A DNA stretch of 64,000 nucleotides, from the NCBI GenBank assembly GCA_022605425.2, contig CM061246.1, forward strand, positions 682,001-746,000, read 5' to 3'. A program made the position numbers and the translations under genes. The notes under the pieces were generated by a model. The model saw only the letters and a program-made list of their open reading frames with translations, was not told the DNA's origin and ran no database searches. The DNA comes from Hamiltosporidium tvaerminnensis FI-OER-3-3. Its lineage: Eukaryota; Fungi; Microsporidia. Below, one piece after another: positions 40,088-49,240 of the stretch; the stretch's first letter is position 1; every line of letters starts with the position of its first letter.

Positions 40088-40402
40088 TCAATTAAATACT
40101 TCATTCTTAAGTTTATCACACATCTCTTTGAACAAATCCAAAGACAAAACTTCTTCACTTTGTTTCTTTTCATCTTCTTTATATCTCAGAAATTTAAGTT
40201 CTACTAAATGGTGAAATATAGATAAAAACATATCAAATACTTCAATAAATCTTCTTTTTATTATGAACATATCTCGTAATTCACTGTATTCATCAGTTTC
40301 TGTTATCTTTAAAACATTAAATATTTCTGCTAAACCATCAATTATCTTTTCTATTGCTAAATTTATTTTTTTTATATTTTCTTCTATCAAAGAATTCTTC
40401 AT
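40088..40402 (-). CDS. small helical protein, possibly Mediator subunit Med22
   Basis: 104-aa ORF with cccttATG context; two-helix pattern ending HLVELK, reminiscent of Med22 (LxxLVxELK). Product call is tentative. Confidence 0.5.
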   Translation of the reverse strand: MKNSLIEENIKKINLAIEKIIDGLAEIFNVLKITETDEYSELRDMFIIKRRFIEVFDMFLSIFHHLVELKFLRYKEDEKKQSEEVLSLDLFKEMCDKLKNEVFN

Positions 40403-40776
40403 AAGGGACTTTTTAAAATAGTAAAAAAAAGTATTTCAAATAGAAAACATGATTGAAGATTTAAAATCCTTAAAATATTTCTACAATTAAGAACTACAAG
40501 TCAACTAATAAAAACAATTTTTTAAGTTTTAAATTTATATTTAAAATATTCGTAAGTCAGAAAATCAAATACCATTTTACAATTTTAAATTTATATTTAC
40601 AAAAATTTTGATCTTAAAATATTTGTAAATCCTATACTTTTAATTTATTAAGTTATATGAACAACTACTACTTATTCTTTAATTATATTCTTGTTTTCTT
40701 ATCGATAATCAAATTTTTTTTATATTAAAATTCTTTACTTTTACTGTATAATCAAAATAAAAAATATGTTTATAAG

Positions 40777-40895
40777 TTATTATATTAAAACATATAATTT
40801 TATGGTCTTAAAAGTTTGAGTTTAATATTTATTCTTTTATTATATTAAAACATATAAGTTTATGGTCTTAAAAGCTTGAGTTTAATATTTATTAT
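40777..40895. repeat. 60-bp tandem duplication
   Basis: tatattaaaacatataa.tttatggtcttaaaag at 40781 and 40841. Confidence 0.93.
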
Positions 40896-41543
40896 TCTTT
40901 TATTCTTCTTTTGTTCTTATCCTTTCCTAAATTTGATTATTCTTTGTATTTTCAATTGATATTTGGCTTCATTTTTAGTGTATCAAACCAAACAGATAAA
41001 TGATAGAATAGTAAGATTCCATGAAACTTAAATATTTTGGGTTATAAAAACGTAATTGGCTTACATAATCTCTGATTTTCTTCGATAAAATCACGAGTTA
41101 TTTACCAGATCAATTATAATTTATCAAAAAATAAAATTTTTTATTTTATTCAAGATAAATATAATTAATTTTTAAGTACTATGGACTGAATGTATGCCTC
41201 TAATTTTAATAATTACAAGGTTTCTGAAAATAAATTTCAAATACTTAGTAACAAATCAAGATGGAATGTTAAACTAATAATTGTTTATTCACTCATTTAT
41301 AAATAAGACCTAACTCATCTGCTTCATAGAAATACTAAAATAAAATAAAAATGGTTTAATTTGGGCTAATATCTGTTAAATATATAAATATAACTTTCTT
41401 TAAACTTTATTTTATAAATACAAATAAAATTTGTATAAAATTAGTAAAAAAAAAGTGGTTTCTTTGTTTCTCGGTTACCTACATTTTTTTTACCCTTATT
41501 TATGACTTTTCTTTTTTTTATAAAAATATTTTTAATCCCATAA

Positions 41544-44500
41544 ATGGAATCAATACTAAATTTTAGTGAAGACTTGGATGTAAATCTATTTGATTCAATT
41601 GTAAAAACAGCATTAGATTCTTCATCTTCAGAAAAGAGTAAGGCAGAAACAGTACTGGTTAAATTTAAGGAGCATCCGAATGCCTGGACACGTGTAGATT
41701 ACATACTAACCACTAGTTCATACACACCATCTCATTTCGTAGCCTTACAAGTTTTAGAGACTCAAGTAAAAACTAAATGGGTTTTATTTACCGAGGAACA
41801 AAGAAATGGACTGAAATCTTATGTTGTGCAATCCGTAATAAAAAGATCAGAGCAGCAAGACCAAATAATTTTAAACCGATTTGATATAATTTTAGTAGAA
41901 ATTTTAAAAAAAGACTGGCCAAGAAATTGGCCAACATTTATATCTGATTTGATAACAGCCTCACAGAATTCTTCAATGGAGGTTTGTAGAAACAGTTTAG
42001 AAATTTTAAAAAGATTAAATGAAGAAATTTTTATGTTCGGTGAGGGAAATATTACAACTGTAAGAAAACGAATGTTGCAAAATCAATTAAAAAATGAATT
42101 TATTCATATTTTTCAATTAATTAAAACTATATTGGAATATTCTAAAAAAATGAATATTACTGATAAATTATTAGATACTACTCTTTCTACACTACAGAGT
42201 TTTAGTAAATGGATGCCTTTACAATTTATTGTGGATACAGAAATTGTAGAATTGGTTGTTTCTTTTATCAATACAAGTCATTCTATTGCGTGTTTGAAAT
42301 GTTTATATGAAATTGTAAAAAGAATGGTAAATGAAAAAGTAGAAATTTCTAGTCAGGAATCTAAAACAGTGGATGAAAAAATATTGCTTATAAATTTTTC
42401 TTTGATTGAATTTTTAAATCTATATTTTTCTAAATTTGGATCTGAAAAATTGAGTGCGTTGTATTTTAATTTGGATAGAATGGAACAAGATTTTATTTTA
42501 TCTGTGAGTTTTTTATTGTCTTTAATTTATTCAAATAAAATGGATTTACTTGAGAATAAAAGTTTGAAAGAATTTTTGAAAGGATTAGAATATTTAATTA
42601 GGATTACAGAAATAGAAGATAAAAAAATATTTGTAAGTGTTTTGGAATGTTGGAGTTCTTTTGTTTTTTGCTTGTACAATGAGTATCCGTATTTTGCTAC
42701 TTCTAGGGTTTCATTACGAAGAGATAAATATACTTCGATTCTTGAAATGCTTATACAAGCTTTGGTCGATAAAATGCCGAGGCCAGAAGAAGTTTTGGTG
42801 ATTGAAAATGAGTACGGAGAAATCGTTAAAGAAAAATTGACGGAAACAGAGGCTATTGATTTTTATAAAGAAATGAAACGAACGATATTTCATTTATCTT
42901 CTTTGACAGGTGAAAGAATAAAAAGTTTTTTTATAAAAAAATTAGACAAACAACTCGATGGATCTGAATGGGAAATAAAAAAATTGAATAAAATTTGTTG
43001 GTCGATTGGATGTGTCTCAGAATCGTTTTCTAAGGATGAAGAAAGTTTATTCTTTGTAGATGTTTTGAAAAATTTACTTGCTTTGTGTGAAATGAAAGTT
43101 TCTAAAGATGATAAAGCAGTTATTGCTTCTAATATAATGTACTTGGTAGGGCAATATCATAGATTTTTAGTATCGAATAAACGTTTTTTAAAAACGGTTG
43201 TAAAAAAATTATTTGAATTTATGGATGAAACACATGAAGGTATACAGGATATGGCATGTGACACATTACTTAGGATAACTAATAAATGTCCACATGAATT
43301 TCTTATACAAAGAGAAGAGAATGATGTTTATATTTCGTATATTTTAAAGAATTTATGTAGAATAACTAAAAGCTTGGAATTTTACCAAAAAAGAATTATT
43401 TATGAGTGTATGTGTGTAGTTCTACAGGGGATGAATACCGAAATGACTAAGAAATCTGGTGTTTCAATGAATAATGTTGAATATTATAAAAAGTTAGAAT
43501 ATATAAATCTTCTTACTTCTTCTTTTTCAGATACAAATATTTTTCAAGAAAAAATACAAGAAAAATTATCAGAATTGATTATAAATCGAGATTTTGTAAG
43601 AATTGTTTCACATGTTTTAAAGTCATTTTCTCTTGTTTATAAAAATTTACCAGAATCGATAATAACAAGTTTTCAAAACGTTTTTCCATTTTTATTTTCA
43701 ATGTACGAGCGACTTGATTTAATAAAAAATGGACAGATAAATTCATTGGCAAATAAAAATATAATTTTGGCGAAACAAGAAATAATTGAAGTCTTTACAA
43801 ATGTTGTTAGTGTTTTAGAAAATTTAAATGATAAATTTATTACAAAGGAAATGAAAAGCAATTTCTTGAATAATTTATTTCAAAAAATAATCTTTGATTA
43901 TAAAAAATCTTTTAAGGACCATACATTATTACTATTGGGAGGGGAATGTTTTAAATCTATAGATTTTTCAGGAGAAGAAGATGCATTTAAAAGTGAAGTA
44001 TTTATTTTGAATACACTTATTGAACCATCTATTCCATTAATTTTGAAATCAGAAGAAAATAATGATATTCAAACTGCATATTATAGATTATTAGATATAT
44101 TGATTATCAAAAGATTTGATAGTTTCTTTCCTTTAATTTTTTCAAATTCTGATACATTTAATTCAATTTTTGATTCGTTACTTTATGGATTTATTTGTAG
44201 GAGAGAAATAAGTGAACTTTGTCTTTCAACTATTCTTACAACTTTTAAAAAATGTTATGAAATTAATAATTTTTTATTTTTTCAAAAATATTTTTTGAAT
44301 ACGATGACAAATATTTTGGGAATAATATTTGATAAAGATAAAGATTACGGGTTTGAATTACAATGCCAAATTTTATCTTTTTTACTTAAAATTTGTGACA
44401 AATTACCTCTTTTTGATCAAACTGTTAACAACAATACATTTATAAGAAATCATATTAATGAATTGTTTGCATCTACACTTAAAAATATTACAGGAGAATC

Positions 44501-44681
44501 TTTAGAAATTTTTATTGTTGGAATGTTTGAGTTGTGTCGAGATGATGATATCTTTAGAGAACACGTTTTTGATTTTAGGGTTAAGGTGTATGAATATGGA
44601 TGCAATGATGATTTAAATATGGAGATTGAATTAGTTAATGAGAGGAAGCAAAGAATTCCCGCTGGTAAAAATATTATTTGA
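41544..44681 (+). CDS. CRM1: exportin-1 / CRM1
   Basis: IBN_N start (FKEHPNAWTRVD), ILKKDWPRNWPTFI, MPRPEEVLVIENEYGEIV, DDKAVIASNIMY, LKTVVKKLFEFMDETHEGIQDMACDT. Confidence 0.97.
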   Translation: MESILNFSEDLDVNLFDSIVKTALDSSSSEKSKAETVLVKFKEHPNAWTRVDYILTTSSYTPSHFVALQVLETQVKTKWVLFTEEQRNGLKSYVVQSVIKRSEQQDQIILNRFDIILVEILKKDWPRNWPTFISDLITASQNSSMEVCRNSLEILKRLNEEIFMFGEGNITTVRKRMLQNQLKNEFIHIFQLIKTILEYSKKMNITDKLLDTTLSTLQSFSKWMPLQFIVDTEIVELVVSFINTSHSIACLKCLYEIVKRMVNEKVEISSQESKTVDEKILLINFSLIEFLNLYFSKFGSEKLSALYFNLDRMEQDFILSVSFLLSLIYSNKMDLLENKSLKEFLKGLEYLIRITEIEDKKIFVSVLECWSSFVFCLYNEYPYFATSRVSLRRDKYTSILEMLIQALVDKMPRPEEVLVIENEYGEIVKEKLTETEAIDFYKEMKRTIFHLSSLTGERIKSFFIKKLDKQLDGSEWEIKKLNKICWSIGCVSESFSKDEESLFFVDVLKNLLALCEMKVSKDDKAVIASNIMYLVGQYHRFLVSNKRFLKTVVKKLFEFMDETHEGIQDMACDTLLRITNKCPHEFLIQREENDVYISYILKNLCRITKSLEFYQKRIIYECMCVVLQGMNTEMTKKSGVSMNNVEYYKKLEYINLLTSSFSDTNIFQEKIQEKLSELIINRDFVRIVSHVLKSFSLVYKNLPESIITSFQNVFPFLFSMYERLDLIKNGQINSLANKNIILAKQEIIEVFTNVVSVLENLNDKFITKEMKSNFLNNLFQKIIFDYKKSFKDHTLLLLGGECFKSIDFSGEEDAFKSEVFILNTLIEPSIPLILKSEENNDIQTAYYRLLDILIIKRFDSFFPLIFSNSDTFNSIFDSLLYGFICRREISELCLSTILTTFKKCYEINNFLFFQKYFLNTMTNILGIIFDKDKDYGFELQCQILSFLLKICDKLPLFDQTVNNNTFIRNHINELFASTLKNITGESLEIFIVGMFELCRDDDIFREHVFDFRVKVYEYGCNDDLNMEIELVNERKQRIPAGKNII

Positions 44682-45206
44682 GTCTCAAATACTTTTCAGG
44701 AAGTTAATCATTTGATTGGAGGGTAAATTAATCAGATTGCAAGTAAAATAATTTTATGGTTTATACGAATTAAAAAGTAATTTATATTTATTTTTAATTG
44801 TTAATTTATATTTTATTCTGTGTTTTCCCGTCAAGAAATCGCCTTTGCTGTTTTATTTACATTTTTTTTCAGATTTCGTCTTAAATTTTAATTTTTTTTG
44901 TTAATTTTGAAAGCGTTTTATCAGAGATAATTAGAGTTTCAAAACAATATTCACATATTTTCTTTTTATTTGGTACATATTTGTAATAACTACATCTTTT
45001 TATGTGTTTCTCAAGCTCTCTGTATATTTATGATCTCTTTTAACAATTTTCTCAGGTTTTTGCTGCACTTTAATATTCTTCGTTCAAAATAAATGATTTT
45101 TTTGTGTGTGGCTGTTATTCATATAAGAATTTAGAGTCTTTTATGATACATCGTATAATATTGTAACAAAAACATTTCAAGCTATGACTTAAGGGATTAC
45201 ATCAAC

Positions 45207-45400
45207 TACTACTACTAATTGGCGCTACAGTTCTTAAATAGCCTGGGTCAATTAAACGGTTTTTCTAATTTATATTATTTCGTTTCTTTTTCGTAACAAT
45301 ATGGTTTTGTGAGACAGGTGTGTCAGCACTATGCTCAACTCTCCTCCTTTATCCAGGCTTAGGACCAGCAGAGCAGAGCCTATCGTATCTTGGCGGAATT
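45207..45400 (-). mobile_element. ~195-bp RTE-derived short retroposon (5' conserved RTE domain fused to the RTE 3' end)
   Basis: Minus strand reads ...gctggtcctaagcctggataaaggaggagagttgagc...ctgtagcgccaat(tag)n. Flanked by attacatcaac (45196) and attacattaac (45401), a 10/11 TSD. Confidence 0.8.
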
Positions 45401-45537
45401 ATTACATTAACACTAGATATATATATACTACTTGTCTCATATGCATAAAAGAATCTACTTCTATTTCCTAAATTTCAAATATTTTAATCCATCTTAAAAA
45501 GCGATTTCAAATGAAGGTAGTGCACTCAGATTTTGTA

Positions 45538-46180
45538 CCTATCTAAAATAATAATTTCTGATTTATAATTCCAATTATTGACATCAATTTTATTCTGGTG
45601 TAATTTTTTTCCCATATACTCATTTTCAAGAATTTTGGGAACCGAACCTTTGATTTTTTAAGACTTCGATTTAAAATTATTCGAAAGAAGCGAATGTTCA
45701 ACGCATCTGACTATGCCGTCCGATATATTGTTTTGAGTATTTTATACCGCATATAAGATAAATATTTTACTGTTTTACATGACTAATTGCAGTGTTGACA
45801 TTTTCTCTTAACTTTCTAAAATACATTTATATCCTGGATATAGCAGCACATTGCCTCGTTTTATAACCTAATCTTTCTTTTAAATGCGATTCTAAAGAAT
45901 GATTAATTGATTCGGGATACTTATTTTAAAGCTTATATACCTAAATGTGGTTTCATGTTCTATTTCGGTGTATAAATTTACTAGTTAAGCAGTTTATAGT
46001 TTTCCTTTGATAACATCTCCTTCTACCTTCTATATTAATATAAAAGCTATTTACTAGATAGGAAATTGGTTTATTTACAACACTTTGATATTTTATACTA
46101 TAAATCTAGTTTATTTTTTTACTTTTTTCCAGAAAATCCAAGAATTGCAAATGTACATATTTAGTTTGTAGCCACTATTA
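45538..46180 (-). mobile_element. old internal fragment of an RLE retrotransposon relative
   Basis: Blocks such as tatcctggatatagcag and attctggtgt are shared with 26790-27450; no intact frame. Confidence 0.75.
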
Positions 46181-46538
46181 TTTTGGCAGTACTTCTATTA
46201 TATGCTCTGATACCATTATATATCTTTATACTCGATCAGTAAATATTCTTTAAATAGTTTTTAGGCTTAGAATTCTGCATACCCTAAATTTAGAAGTATA
46301 TAGAATCAAAAAAATATTTTATTAAGAATTAAGGGGTAAAAAAACTCTCTTTTTATATTTTAATTTAATTAACTGCATTTAAACTTTTCTAAACTATTAT
46401 TGTTAAAATTACATATTTTTTGCAAATCTCCTATTTTTTTAAATTTTTAAATATCTCACATGTTCATAATAACCTTGCAAATCAAAAGTTTTTGTGATTT
46501 TTTTTTAAAAGCAAATTCCGTGGTTCTGGTATCTATAT

Positions 46539-47305
46539 CAGGGGTGCAAAAACTAAGGCCCGCGGAGATATTTTATCCTTTCGGGGACAATTTATCTGAA
46601 CTGTCACGATCTTTTTTATAGAGAAGTAGATTTTTTTTATAAGAAAACAAAATATAATATTACAAATAAATTGTATAAAAGAATTACAAAGTCGGTTTTT
46701 TTTAGTATGCATTTGTAATACGAGAAACTTACCTAGTTTTAAATATTTTAAACCATAAATCATATTTGTTTTTAAAAATTTTATATTAAAAAAACAAAAA
46801 TATATAACAAAAAATATATGTGATAATCAATTATTTATGAGATTGATGCAGATGAGATTTTTCACTAATAAGATGTAAAAAATTTTGGGTCTAAATTACT
46901 ATTAAACATCATCAATAACGATTTCAGGAACTTATTTGTAAATTTAGATCTGAAAATATTTTTTGTGAATTTTAATTTAAAGGATGTTTTTTTAAGCAGA
47001 TAGATAATGCCGAAAGCGGAAATAAAACACAGAAAAAATGAATGAACGTGATTGAATTGTGTAGTCGGAACCCTGTAGAATCCAAGTAATAAATTTGAAT
47101 CTGCTCAAAAAATATAATTAAGGCCTATTTTAATTTTTTAAATGTCTGTATATGAACCGTTTTAAATTTCCTCCAATTTTTTAAATTACAAACATTGAAG
47201 AAATACTTTTTTATCCCCTTGGTATAAAATATAATGTGTCCCTTGACTTCGAGACTTTTAGTAGAAGTCAATGTGGCTTGCAATTAAAAATTTAGGCAGC
47301 CCTTG
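46539..47305. mobile_element. non-autonomous hAT (Buster/Charlie-type) DNA transposon
   Basis: Left end caggggtgcaaaaactaaggcccgcgg; right end aatgtggc...aaaatttaggcagcccttg; 8-bp TSD atctatat/atctctat fits nnnTAnnn. Confidence 0.8.
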
Positions 47306-47604
47306 ATCTCTATAGTACACATACAAATATTATAAAGGATCTATATTTTTTTACTGACTTAGTTATATTAAATCTCACAAACCTTCTTATTTAAACAACC
47401 AACTTTTACAAATTACAATTCCAAAAATTCATTTAAGCAAATTTTTTACAAAACACTATATTATATTTTAAGCCTGTAAGAAATTCTTGACTGAGCCAAA
47501 TTTCTTTTACTCTTGATTTGATTTTTTTTGGAAAAATTAATTTAAGATTAAAATAAATTTAAATGAGAGATATTTTAAATTATTGATTATATAAATGCTA
47601 TAAG

Positions 47605-47964
47605 ATTGCACTGTCTAGGTGGACTCCATGTAAATCTCTGAAATATATCTTAGCTAGAAGTTTATTGGGTTCAGAAAGTGTAGAGTAAGTGGGAATGCTG
47701 CATAGTCTTGGGGAGCTCAGGGGGTTTCAGCCTATAATCACACACCATGCAACAAAAATTAAAGAACACTGGGCAGCTATCTCGCCTATTAATTAGGTTC
47801 TACACACCTGGTAGGTGAAAGGCTTTGAGACATAGGTATCACAGGGGTTACCGATGGAGTTTTGGGGTAGCAGTTATTTATTTAAACCTAGAACAGCGTT
47901 AATGTCATGAAAACGGATATAACACTTGCCACTGTTTTAAAAAGATGTGATACTTTTAAATAAA
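47605..47964 (+). repeat. 5'-truncated copy of the ~700-nt structured element
   Basis: Reverse complement of ~57595-57952; ends gatacttttaaataaa. Confidence 0.9.
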
Positions 47965-48789
47965 CTTCTATCAAAAATAACAAATGTCATAAAAAAATGG
48001 AAAGAAAAATAAATTTTATCAAAAAATTAATTTAAAACAAAAGGTATTTTAAATATATATTACTAGAGATTAAGTACGTGAAACCAACTTTCCTTTACAT
48101 TCATAAGAGATCAATGCCGAAAAATAATCTTAAACTTTACTACCAGGGCTATAGTTTCTAACCTTTTCAATCGAATTTCTTATGCTCAACTGGTCTGCTT
48201 CTCTTATATTTTTAATCTTTTATTTCCAAATTATTACCCGCTTTGAGCAATTTTCCAATAAAAATTTAGGTTTTTTTAACTTACACATTTCTCTTCTTCT
48301 TTTATATTTGTTTTTACTTTTAGGAACTTCGGCTCGGCTTTAATATTCAGTCTGTTCTCTTATTTTAATTCAATTCTGTCTTTTTTCCCAAAGCAATTAT
48401 TCAGATGAAGGCCTTTCTTTGTCTGAACATACTGTTCTTTTAACTACATGCTATTGGTTAATTTATTTATTCTATAAATTCTTGGTTATTGTTATAAAGA
48501 AATCTTTAAATTTAATAAAGTATATATGTTCCACGAAGCTATTCAAGCAAAATTGTTTTCTGCAATTATTATTGAGAATATAAATAAATTATATGGAAGA
48601 ATGGTAGAAAAGCATCTATCTTATCATTCAATTTTTTATTTAACTGTAAATTCTTAGAATATAAATCTTAACTAAGTGATTTAATTCTTTTTTTACACAT
48701 AATAATTAGAAAAATAAAAAAAATAAATTTATCATGTTTTTCCTTTCATATTAATACAGTCTAGACAGGATTTTTACAATGTTTATTTC

Positions 48790-48995
48790 AAATATTTTTT
48801 TTGAACAAATAGAAATTTTTTAATTGTTTTATGTTCACTTCTACTTACTAATATTGGTTGCATAAGATTTATGAACAAATAGAAAGAGATTTCTTATTAA
48901 AGCATTCCTTTTGGTGTATTATATTCTTTTAAACAATTAAACATTTCGAGGTGAGTCGTCCTCAGGACATTACAGAATTATATAAATGATAATAA
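48790..48995. repeat. family-2 dispersed repeat
   Basis: taagatttatgaacaaat, caattaaacatttcgaggtgagtcgtc and gaattatataaatg blocks shared with 38310-38520. Confidence 0.65.
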
Positions 48996-49240
48996 CTCGC
49001 ATAAAAGTAAAAATAGAAAAATATTTAAATTCAATAAAAAAGATATTTACAATAGAAAATCATAGTAGAAATATAAAAAATAATTAATTAGTTAGAAAAT
49101 AAGAGATTATCAAAACCGAGAGATAAAAGAGAATGTAATAAGTAAGAAAATGTGAGAATATTAAGAGAAATAAAGGTATATTAAAGATAAAAGAAGGAAA
49201 CAGAAAACTTTAAAGAGAAATAAAAAAACAAATTAAAACT

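Noticed and set aside
44665-44699. Possible 35-nt intron (gtaaaa...tttcag) at the CRM1 3' end
   Set aside because: Lacks a GTAAGT donor and CTAA branch point; the ORF ends normally without splicing.
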